Positions 1-10,346 of a stretch of 20,000 nt of DNA are shown in pieces. The stretch covers positions 3,898,644 to 3,918,643 of the forward strand of contig MU058531.1 of the NCBI GenBank assembly GCA_013265495.1, in the 5' to 3' direction. The stretch comes from Vicugna vicugna. Lineage: Eukaryota. Position 1 is the stretch's first letter. Each line of letters opens with the position of its first letter. The notes below the pieces were generated by a model. It was given only the letters and a program-made list of their open reading frames with translations. It searched no databases and was not told the origin of the DNA. The translations under genes and the position numbers were made by a program.

Positions 1-2228
1 ATTTTCCTGCTATGATCAGGTGTAAGGCAAGATGTCCCCTCTCATCATTTCTTTCTGACATTATAGTGGAATTCCTAGCTAAAGAATTAAGGCAAAAAAA
101 GGAATTAAGAGGTATATTGATTTAAAAGGAAGAAATAAAACTCTTTTTGTTTCAGACAATGTGATAGTGTATGTAGAAAATTGCAAAGACTTTTAGAGCC
201 TCCTGGAACTAATAAGAAATTTTACCATGGTTGAAGTATACAACGATAACATCCAACCATCAATTTCTTTCTTATATCCTAGCAATGAACAATTGAAATT
301 TGACAATTAAACACAATATTATATACAATAAAAAAAGAAATACTTAGATATGTATCTTGCAAAATCTGCCCAAGTTCTATTTGAAGAAAACTATAAAATG
401 CTGATGAAGGAAACCAAAGAGGATCTAAGTAATTGGGAATGTAGTCCACATCCATCAATAAGAGGTCTCAATATTGTTTAGTTTTCAGTTCTACCCAGTT
501 TAATCTATAGGTTCTATGTGATCCTAATCAAAATCTCAGCATGTTTTTTTTAGATGTCAACAGTGTTTTATAAAGTATATATGGACAAGTTAGAGACCCA
601 GAATAGTCAGCACAGTATTGAAGAAGAACAGAGTCAGAGCACTGACACTATCTTACTTCAAGACTTGCTCTAAATCTACAGTGATCAAGATAGTATGGTA
701 TTGATGAAAGCATAGACTAATAATTCAGTGGAAAGAAGAGAGTCCAGAAATAGGTAGATACAAATATAGTCAATATAGTCAACTGATCTTTGACAAGGAG
801 GAAAGCAATTCAGCGGAAAAGGATAGTCTTTTCAACAAATGCTCCTGCAAATTCTAAATATCCTCTCTCTTAAACACACACAAAGATACACACATCTGAT
901 TTTATAGCCTTCACAAATGTTAACTCAAATTTAGAATCATAAATCTAAATGTAAAATGCAAAACTGTAAAACTCCTAGAAAATAATGTATAAGAAAATAC
1001 TAGATGACCTTGGTTTTGACATAGATTTTTATGTATATCACTAAAGGTACAATCCATGAAAAACTTGTTAATTTAGATTTCATTAAAGTAACAACTTCTG
1101 CTCTGTGAAAGACACTGTCAAGGGAATGAGAGGAGAAGCTATTGACTGGGAAAAAAACATTTGCAAAAGACATCTGATGCAGGACTTCTATCCAGAATGT
1201 TCTAAGAAAACTTAAAACTCAACAATCAGAAATATAACAACCCAATTTAAAAATGGGCAAAATATCTGAACAGACACCTCACCAAAGTAGATATATAAAT
1301 GGAAAATAAGCATATGAAGATACTTAACATCATATATTATTAGGGACTTGCAAACAAAAATAACAATGGGATACCACCACAGACATATAGGATGGCTAAA
1401 ATCCAAATCATTGACAAAACAGAACATTGGCAAGGACATGGAAGCAGCAAGGACCATTGGTCATTGTTGGTGGGATTACAAAATGGTATCACCACTTTGG
1501 AAGACAGCTGTTTTTTGCAAAACTGAACATATGTTTCCCATATGAAACAGTCTGTGGTATTTATCCAAAGAGTTGATAATTTATGCCTCTATAAAAACCT
1601 GCACTTGGATGTTTATAGTTGCTTTATTCATAATTGCCAATACTTGGAAACAGCCAAGATGCCCTTCAGTAGGTGAATGGATTAACAAACTTTAGTGCAT
1701 CCATACAATTGAATATTATTTCTTTGTTAGAAAAAAAATAAGCTATCTAACCATGAAAAAACATGGAAGAACTTTATGAGAATAAGTGAGAGAAACCAAT
1801 CTGAAGACTACATACTGCGATTCCAACTATACGACTTTCTGGAAAAGGCAAAATTACAGATACAGTAAAAAGATCAGTGGTTGCCAGGGATTTGGTATGA
1901 GGGAAGGATGAATAAGTGAATCACAGAGCATTTGTAGGGCAGTGCAGCTATTCTGTATGATAGTACATTGATGAATATAAATCATAATGGTTTTCTCAAA
2001 ACCCATAGAATATATGACACATAGTGTAAAACTTACATAAACCATGGACTTTAATTGATAGTGCTGTCAGTGTTTGTTCATTGATTGAAACAAATGCACC
2101 ATTGCTGGTGAGGGTTGTTGATCGGGGAGGCTTTGTGGTATGGTAAGGTTGCAATATTGAAACTGTTCTTTCTGACAAGTTTTGCTGCGAACCTAAAGCT
2201 TCCTTAAGAAAATAACTTCTAAATTAAG
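1..2228 (+). mobile_element. Old LINE-1 (L1MC-like): decayed ORF2 3' half and 3' UTR
   Basis: ORF2-like remnants (CWWDYKMVSPLWKT, cf. the L1 C-terminal [14 protein letters not shown]). 3' UTR motifs ttctggaaaaggcaaaa..aaaagatcagtggttgccaggg and terminal gaacctaaagc..aaaataa. Many stops. Confidence 0.88.
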
Positions 2229-2994
2229 TGAAATATGCAAGATTTGCATTCCTCTGTGATTGTGGAGGGTTTAATGTTGATGCCATCTGGATAATATGGA
2301 CCACAATGGGAATTCTATTTGATGTGAGGTATCACTAAACAGGGAGTTGAAAAACCTAAGATAAGGAATCGTACTGATGCTCTGGTCACACTTTATCTCA
2401 CTGAGACATACACTGTTCACTTGAAAAAATAAACGTCAAATGAGTTGATCTCAGAGATCCATTTTATCCTTAAATTATCTATGACTCTTTCATTCCATTA
2501 AAAGCAAGAGCCAGTCTGAAGCCTCAGCAGAAAGGAGGAGGTGCAGAGCAGGACAGCTCTTACTCAAGGAATAAAATGGTTGCTAAAAGAGAGTGACTGA
2601 GCTTTTTTTAAGCTGGTGTGGTTCAGTGAGAGTTAGAGGCATGTAAGTTAGGCAGCAAGTTAGTGCTTCAGTTTTTCCTGGTTAAAGTATTCATGAGACC
2701 TGAGTGCATTCAAGTTCTAAAGGTTACAAAACTAAACTTTCCTGCCTTCTCATTTAGATAAGTAGGTGCTGTAATTATTAACTATCTTAATATTTATTTT
2801 GAAAGTCACTGATAAGGGTGAATCATGAAATATTGAGTAATGTATCAGTTGACTAAAGTCCGCTCAGAAGAGAGTATAATACAGATGGAGGTGATTGGTC
2901 ACTTTATGAGTAAAAGGGCCACAAGTCAATTAGCAGTAAATGATGGTGTAGCCGGTTGAACAGTTCTTTCTGCTTTAAAGGAAGAATCTAACAG

Positions 2995-3105
2995 CCGTGG
3001 ATATGGGTTCCAATCTGAGCTCTACTACCTGTAGTCTGCGTCTTTGCCTCATGTGCTGAATCTCAGAGAACCTGCTTCTTCATCCCTAAGATGGGATAAT
3101 TTACG
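2995..3105 (+). mobile_element. MIR SINE remnant
   Basis: gggttccaatctgagctctactac...cttcttcatccctaagatgggataat resembles the MIR core. A paralogous copy lies at 16635-16740. Confidence 0.55.
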
Positions 3106-4052
3106 TTAGACAAATTAATGAAATCAAAAGAGATGATGGGCAAGAAAATTCTATGTAAATTGTCAATCTCCCTAGTAACATGAGGGCTAAAACGTTCTGG
3201 AACTGGGGGTTTGACAAAAGTTAATTTTTCCTTACTAAATAGCTTAAAAATAATAGCGCTAACATTTAGAACAAATATGTTGACACTTGTATAGAATTCA
3301 GATTTGTGCACATATTGTCATTATTGATCTAGTAATTATATCGTTCCAGGGATACTTAGATCCTCTTGAGCCCTGCAGTTCCTCTCTAGTTTAGTTACGC
3401 ATGTTGGGGTGCTTCTGTGCTGTGGGTACATATAATGAGAACCCCACCTTCTCTCCAGTACTGCTTTGCAATTGTTGTTCTTTCTATAATTTCCCTTCTT
3501 GGTTTGCATTGTTCAGTCCATTATTTCTCACAATGACAGACTGGAAAACAACAGGACAAGCTATGTATGGAAGTGACTGCAAGACGGGGAAAGATGGTAT
3601 CTCAAGCTGTACTTACCAAATTCTTTTTCAGTTACATTGAAATTTTGAGATTAAGTCTTTTTACTGAGTTACACTGAGCAAACTTCATCTCTGCAGTGAT
3701 AGAGAGGAAGAAACCCTCTATTTTTTCTTGTCTTGAGAACCTGTGGCTCTGTTATCTTTGGACTCTTACATTAACGTGAAGCCAGTTATTTTGTGAACAG
3801 TCATTGGGGTATATATTCAGAGAAACTTGTGTTTGGGAGGTTTTGATTTGTTTTGCTAAAATTTTTTCTTGAGACAGCTGTAATTAGTGTATGCAAAACC
3901 CAAAATAAAACAAGACATCATAATAGGCTTTGCAGGGTAAACTTTTTTTTATATACAAGGCATAAAATAACTGCCCCAAAAGGCATAAACTCCCAATTAG
4001 TCATGAATCTAAGAATGTAGAATTTTGAGCAATTTTCGTAAGTCATTTATTT

Positions 4053-4160
4053 CAGTGTTTCTTAATCCTGGCTGTACATTTTAACCACCTGAGTTTTTTT
4101 TCTTCCCTTTTTTAACTGCCAATACCTGGAATCCAACCAGTTCAATTAAACCAAAATCTC
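4053..4160. mobile_element. MER5-like (hAT-Charlie) DNA transposon remnant
   Basis: Begins cagtgtttcttaatcctggctgtacatt..accacctg and ends caattaaaccaaaatctc, similar to the MER5 consensus. Confidence 0.6.
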
Positions 4161-4186
4161 CACAATAGGCACTATAAAGGGGAGTG

Positions 4187-4369
4187 AGACTAAAGAACAT
4201 TATTTTTGTCTTTGTTGTTTGACTACTAGAGTCCACTCTTCTGAGAGTATAAAATGGAAGATGATTAGTCACTTTATGAGTCAAAGAGGCATGAGTCAGT
4301 TATCAGAGAGTGTTGTAAAAGCTTTGGATTTCAAGCTCATAATTGAGTAAGAAAGAAAAGAAAGCTTCA
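4187..4369 (+). promoter_or_regulatory. Degenerate CYP2C proximal promoter / 5' UTR of the pseudogene
   Basis: Aligns with 18910-19097: AGACTAAAGAACA (4187-4199), a decayed second HNF4 site ..TAGAGTCCA (to 4235), and the TATA position reads TGTAAAA (4314-4320). Confidence 0.75.
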
Positions 4370-4405
4370 GTGGATTCACTTGTGGTCCTGGTGTACTGTC
4401 TGTCC
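4370..4405 (+). pseudogene. Truncated CYP2C exon 1 remnant
   Basis: gcttcaGTG GAT TCA CTT GTG GTC CTG GTG TAC TGT CTG TCC = (V)DSLVVLVYCLS, aligning with [12 protein letters not shown] at 19098. Similarity stops abruptly after 12 codons. Confidence 0.85.
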
Positions 4406-4536
4406 CATAAAATATATGGGAATTGGTGTACCAACTACCCAGGCCACTGCCTGGTACCTTACAGACTGTGTAAGTGTCAGATAAAACAATCACTTTCATA
4501 TTATGTACAGTTTGGAAATATTTGAAGATGTATGTT

Positions 4537-4559
4537 GCAGAAAGCTAATAAAGTACACG
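4537..4559 (+). pseudogene. 3' remnant of CYP2C exon 2
   Basis: ...AAA GCT AAT AAA GTA CAC G|gtagct (KANKVH-G) followed by a 172-nt intron (4560-4731) of the size and sequence style of CYP2C intron 2. The left boundary is approximate. Confidence 0.7.
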
Positions 4560-4731
4560 GTAGCTGGGCATGTGTGCATGTTCAGCATTGGTAATGGGGG
4601 TGGGGAGGGTTGGAAAAGAGCCCCCCCGCCCCCCGCCAGCAGAGCTTGGTCCATCTACAAGGCTGGCAAGTGTCAGCTCACTCCTCTTTGCCTAGGACCT
4701 CCCTCCTAGTCTCTGTTTCCCCTCCTGGTAG

Positions 4732-4881
4732 GAATTGTGTCCAGCAGTGGAAAGAAGTGGAAGGAGATCTGCCTCTTCTCCCTCAGGACCCCACGGAATT
4801 TCAGGATGGGGAAGAGGAGCATTGAGGACTGTGTTCAAGAGGAAGCCTGCTGCCTTGTGGAGGAGTTGAGGAAAACCAATG
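4732..4881 (+). pseudogene. CYP2C exon 3 (full 150 nt, open frame, degenerate residues)
   Basis: tag|GAATTGTG...ACCAATG|gt. Translates (G)[49 protein letters not shown] versus CYP2[50 protein letters not shown]. Confidence 0.95.
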
Positions 4882-6974
4882 GTGGTGAGTCTGTACTCTA
4901 TAACTGACTTTAACAGTCTGCTCATTTTTCTAGTTACATCCTTGGAAACAGTTCATGGGCGCCACATCTTTCATATGGGTAGTGGTGTGTGCAGGAGGGA
5001 GAGAGAAGAGAGAGAGTCATGGGGGCTTTTGTGTATCTATGTAGTGTGTGTACACCCATGCAGTGTATTGTGCATAAAGTGTGGGTATAAAAGATCATTT
5101 AATCCTATTCTGTTACAGGTTTTTGTTGGTTGGTTTGTTTTTAAACTATTTTTTGAGTCATTTTTCTAAGAATGAAAGAATAATGTTTTCTGCATAATGT
5201 AAATGTGGGTTATGTATTTCAGAACATTACACCAGAGAATACTTGTTAAGTGGGTTAAGTGGACAAGATGGTAATGACCTCTTAACATCCTTAGGGAGTA
5301 TGAAACAAGCAACACATGCTTTCACTTAATTGTACCATATTCATATGATCAACCTAATTGATATGCCATGTGAGAGTTTATTCTGGGATCCCTGCCTACA
5401 GTTCTGGCCTATATTGACAGCTTTCTAAGGTTTTAGGGAGATTTTTGTGCAATTCTTGAGTATTTTGATTTCTCTGTGAATACAGCACTATTTCAAAAAT
5501 ATCAGTGTTAATTACTTATTATTACCAAGTGCTCATTGTATTATCTATATATTTTGAGTAAATACTACAGAATAATTCTGCAAAATACACAAATACCAAG
5601 TTAAATGTGATTTATTTAACTAGATTTCAACTATTATCAATAATTCTTTACTTTTTCTTACTGAAATATAATTTAACTCTGTTTTCAGTTTTGCTTGTCT
5701 TTTTCCTCATCCTTTTTGGATTTTCATTACAAATTTATGGAAGTATTTCCCTCCCACTGACAGCTCTGGTAATCTGTGGAGTGCATGTCACAGTGCTTGT
5801 GATGTTCAGCTTATATTCCAAATGACACTATTTTTAAAAAGTTCTCTCTTCCAAATGAAGTGAAGGGAATATATGATAATAAGATTTTACCTGGGAATCA
5901 CATGTACATGAAGAAATTTTTGAAGTTTCCCAAGTTCCCTTTATCTTCATAGCTAAAAAATACTTTCTGAGAGCCTAGAGTTCTCAGGGTTTAAAGGAGT
6001 CTGACATAGAAGCAGATATCTCAATAGGGTTTCTATCATTTGACGCCCTTACAGTGTCCTTACAACACTCTTGATTCAGATCATCCCTAATTTTGTCAAT
6101 AAATGTGAGTTTCAGAGTTTTATGTACAAAGTTTACTGATCGTTTGATTGCAACAATTTTATAGATCTCTCACCATAAATATAAAACCATCATTTATGAA
6201 ATGATAGACCTGTCCTAGGTGATTGTTAAATTTTAATATTTACTAATACATACTGTTCTGTTGTTAGCTAACAGAAATATATCACAGAGAGTCATAAGAG
6301 TGTGCCTTAGTCCAAATATATTAAATATGTGGATTGATTAGAGATGATGGACATTTATTTACTAGGGAAGGAAATTATCTTATTATTTTTAATAATGAAA
6401 TCAGAAACAAACATTCCACTTATCAATATAATTTTTTGTTTGCCCTACCTGGGCTTTATGTTTGATATAAAAATTCTCATTTTATATTTATAAGATAGAT
6501 TTTGTAAACAAATCTTAAAATTTCTGTTCATTTGTATTAGTGTTTTTTCTCATACGTTATGCACTTTCTACACTTGTTCCTTCAATTCCTCGATTTCTCT
6601 CTTTAATTTCTATTTCTTCTCTACTGATTCTACACACAAGTTTTTCAACTATTCGTTATATATAGAAAGTTTTGAAGTCCATAACTATTGCTTCCCTTTT
6701 CATATCAGTGATTTAATGTCTGTAGGATTTACAGACAGATGTAATTTTGCACTGATAACTTGAATTCTTATGTATTATTTTACAAATGGCCTGTTTAAAT
6801 GTTTTTTCCTATTTTCGTTCTAAAAAGGGTGTAAATAAAGGCTGTGGATTTGAATTGAATAATTAGAGAAGACATTATTTAATTACATTGTAATGGTCAA
6901 CTCAAGTTCAACATAAAATTGATGTGTTGACTGTGAAAAACTCTGTTTTCAGTTTTGCTTGTCCTTTTCCTCAT

Positions 6975-7645
6975 ATTTCTCAAAAAACTAAAAATAGAAC
7001 TGAGATATGAGCCAGCAGTTCCACTCCTGGTTATGTATCCAAAGAAAAAGAAAACACTAATTGGAAAGGATACATGCATCCCAGTGTTCATAGAAGCAGT
7101 ATTTATAATGGCCAAGATGTGGAAGCAACCAAAGTGTCCATCAACAGATGGATGAATAAGAAGATACAGTGTACACACACACACACACACGCAATGGAAT
7201 ACTACTCAGCCACAAAAACGAAAGAAATATTGCCATTTGTAGCAACATGGCTGGATTTGGAAGGCATTATGCTTAATGAAATGTCAGACAGAGAAAGACA
7301 TGCATGATATCATTCATATATGGAATCTAAAAAAATACAACAAAATGGTAAATAAAATAGATGAAGAGTCCTGGAAGAGAACAAATTAGTGCTTACAAGT
7401 GGGGAGAGGGGAGGAGATGGGGCAATAAGAAGAGTAGGGGATTTAAAAGAACAAACTATTTTGTATAAAATAAGCTATAAGGATATATTGTACAACAAGA
7501 AGAATACAACAGATATTTTATAGTAAGTATGAATGGAATATAACCTTTAAAAATTGTGAATTACTATATCATACACCTGCAAATTCTGTAATACTATATA
7601 CTATATCAACTATACTTCAATAAAAATATGTAAAAATTTAAAAAC
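6975..7645 (+). mobile_element. 5'-truncated LINE-1 3' end
   Basis: ORF2 C-terminus FLKKLKIELRYEPAVPLL...MAKMWKQPKCPSTDG, then atggaatactactcagcc, 3' UTR and an A-rich end. Contains (AC)9 at 7173-7190. Confidence 0.9.
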
Positions 7646-7647
7646 AA

Positions 7648-7840
7648 AGTATACAATTCAGTGAGATGTAACTCATTCACAATGTGGTGTACCCATGGTT
7701 ACTATCTAGCTCCAAATCATTTTAATTACTCTAAAAGGAAATCCTCTACCCATTAAGCAGTCATTGCCCATTCCTCCGTCCCTCCAGCTCCTGACAATGA
7801 CTCATCTGTTTCTGTTGAATAGATTTGCTATCTGTCATTT
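7648..7840 (-). mobile_element. Old L1 (L1MB-like) 3' UTR fragment, antisense
   Basis: agtatacaattcagtg..attcacaatgtggtgtacc..acccattaagcagtcattgcccattcctcc is the typical reverse-strand L1M 3' UTR signature. Confidence 0.7.
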
Positions 7841-8083
7841 TTAATCAGATCAGCCTGTATTTAATAAAGTCCTATAAACAGATTCCAAATGTATCTGACT
7901 TAAGAGCCAGCAGAGGCTCCCATTTTAAACTATAATCCACATATGAGATGTATGAAAACTGAAGTGATGAAATAGAGCAAAGGGTTGGACAGAAGCAGTG
8001 TCTAAACATTGTGGTCAGTAAGGAGATTCAGAGATCTAGCACCCAAGTACCCAAATACTCAGTATTTCAAATGCTGTTGGAGT

Positions 8084-8218
8084 GAGGGAGGGTATAGCTC
8101 AGTGGTAGAGTACGTGCTTAACATGCATGAGGTTCTGGGTTCAATCCCTAGTACCTCCATGAAAAATTAAATGAATTAACCTAATTACCTCCCTCCCCCC
8201 TCAAAAAAAAGTAGAAAT
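8084..8218 (+). mobile_element. tRNA-derived SINE (camelid Vic-1 type) with 15-bp target-site duplication
   Basis: A box TAGCTCAGTGG, B box GGTTCAATCCC, tail aacctaattacctccc..A-run. TSD aaatgctgttggagt (8069-8083) / aaatgctattggagt (8219-8233), one mismatch. Confidence 0.88.
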
Positions 8219-8269
8219 AAATGCTATTGGAGTCCACTTTAGTAACATCACTGACACTGGTCTTAAACT

Positions 8270-8400
8270 CATCCCTGTTATTACTTGCTGTGTCTGGGTG
8301 GAAATGCTGCTACCCTCCTTTGGACCTAGGATTCCGCATCTGTAGATCAAAAGATGGGACTAAATGATTTGCAAAATTTCTTCCAGCTCTAGCACTTTGT
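8270..8400 (+). mobile_element. MIR SINE remnant just upstream of exon 8
   Basis: acttgctgtgt..ttccgcatctgta..gggactaaatgattt..cttccagctctagca resembles the MIR core and 3' part. Confidence 0.6.
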
Positions 8401-8434
8401 TATAACTCATTTTATCTTCATCTGTTCATTCCAA

Positions 8435-8576
8435 GGCATGACAGTATTAAAATCGCTGACTTCTGTGCTACATAAAGACAAAGAATTCCCCTACCAAGAG
8501 GTGTTTGACCCTGCCTACTTCTTGGATGTTAGTGGCAGCTTTAAGAAGGGTGACTGCCTCGTGGCTTTCTCAGCAG
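8435..8576 (+). pseudogene. CYP2C exon 8 (142 nt) with mutated acceptor
   Basis: [47 protein letters not shown](G)|gtaata: meander region and start of the heme motif. Preceded by AA (8433-8434) where AG is expected. Confidence 0.93.
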
Positions 8577-9469
8577 GTAATAAAAGTTACTTTCCTAAGG
8601 TACTCTAGGGGACAAGTTACCTTTTGGGGATCACTTGGAACTTAGATAATGACCATTCTGGGGCTGGTAAAATTGCTCGTTTCCCATAATCACAGGTACC
8701 ACTCTCCTCTCTTATCATCCATCACCAATATTAGAACTTTGAGGAGGTGACCCAGTTCTCCTAAAGTGAGAAAGCTCAAAAATAAGTTGGTTGAATTCTG
8801 CCTCTAGATGTATCACTGAGCTACCCACGGGCTCCTCTTAGCAGGTGAAACTCATTTAGACTTCTTTTGCCTGCCATGAGTAAGGTATATAGGCTAACAA
8901 GTTTGAGTATTTTCTATGTGATATATCCCTCACTTTCCAGGCTGAGCTCTGGGGTTGCAAGTATCCAAAGCATAGAATGGCACCAAAGTGGCTCACATCC
9001 TACTTAGGGAAGCAGGTTAGTAAACAATGTAATTCATTAAGCATAGTGTTGTGAGAGAGGAGAGCACAGGCTGCCAGAAGACCAGAGGGGAAGCTGCCTG
9101 CTTTCTCATCACTCGTACCCCACAGTGAGGCCTAAAATGTATAAGCAGCATTCTAATAGCAGAAAGATAGCTGCCTCAGAGGAGCAAGGAAAGAAGAGAG
9201 GACAGGGCACTTTTACAGGAACAGGACTTTTCCTGTAGATTGAGAAGATTGGAAACTATCGTGGTAGTGTCAGGAAGTTCTTGGGAATGTGGCAGGATAC
9301 TGTGCTGTGGTTCCAGAGCACCGTGATCTTCCTCCACTCTTGATCAGAGGTCTTGGATGTTGGGTCTTCACAGCTACAGTGTGTGCTGATTTCTGGCTAT
9401 AGAGCCACCTTCATTTATTCACTGGCTTTTGATGCCTGCTTTGGCTCTTGCTCTGTATATACCAAGATG

Positions 9470-9860
9470 TCAAGGACTGAGCCCTCTCCAAGGAATGCAC
9501 ATTTCAGCATAGCAGAAAATAAATAAGCAGAGAATTTCAACTCAAGGTGATCCATGCTTCAGTTGAAGTGTGAGACTGATGCTGAGGAAACCCAGGGTGG
9601 GCAAAATTCTGTTGCCTGTGAAGATCACAAAGATCGTAAAGAGGAAATGACATGGGACCTAGGTCCTGAAGGAAGTATAAGAGAAGTGCATCTTAGCCAA
9701 ATGGAACAGCACAAGACAAAGCTAGAAACTCCAGGTATGTTAGGAATTGATGAGTGGATATGGCTAGTGCTGAGACTAGAGGGTATGAAGAATGGAAGGA
9801 ATGATAGGGAACATCAGACTGGGAACAAAATATGAAGGACCAGTTTAATCCATATTTGGA
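9470..9860 (-). mobile_element. Probable decayed L2 fragment
   Basis: Purine-rich segment with gaggaaatgacatgggacctaggtcctgaagga, typical of antisense L2. Boundaries are approximate. Confidence 0.45.
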
Positions 9861-10346
9861 CCTCATCCCATGGAACAGATGGGAGAGACATTTAATATTT
9901 TAAAGTGGGAGAGTGACACATTTAGACACGTGCTTTTAAAAGCACAGAAAGGTAAAAGAATCTTTGAGTTTGGTGCCAGAGGTAGAAAGGGAAACACAGA
10001 TAACACGACTTCCCTCCCCTCAGTCCTTCTATCTTCAACCCACCTGGACAAGCAGAGTTGGGGGGTGTTTCTACAAAGATTGATGGAAATTGGAAATGGA
10101 AAAGAGCAGTTATGTGGGAATACATAATGAAGTGCTTGATGTAGAGCTGACATTCAAATATTTGTTGAATTAAATGTTCAGCATATTAGGTGACAAGTGA
10201 GTGGCTCCATCCTTCTGTCCATCTGTCTCTTAAACCATCCTTCCAGCCCTCTGTCTAGTCAGTCATTCATTAGTTACTGCGTACATTTTGTTACAGTTCC
10301 AAACATACTGGTCTAGGAACAAAACCCCTATGTGTGTTATTTTCAG

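Larger units (their letters stand above)
2516..4369 (+). repeat. Paralogous CYP2C 5' flank, copy 1 (pairs with 16257-19097)
   Basis: Collinear shared blocks, e.g. ctcaaggaataaaa, aaaactaaact, ttttccttactaaa, tttagaacaaa, tccattatttct, ctctgcagtgat, aatcctggctg. Confidence 0.85.

Noticed and set aside
5880..5920. Faint resemblance to CYP2C exon 5 (gattttacctgggaatcac)
   Set aside because: Too short, with no flanking exon similarity or splice sites.
8088..8160. Possible tRNA gene
   Set aside because: Has A and B boxes but also a SINE tail, an A-run and a TSD, so it is a retroposed SINE.
9554..10153. Several 67-96 aa ORFs in intron 8
   Set aside because: They overlap decayed L2-like or intronic sequence with no homology or splice support.
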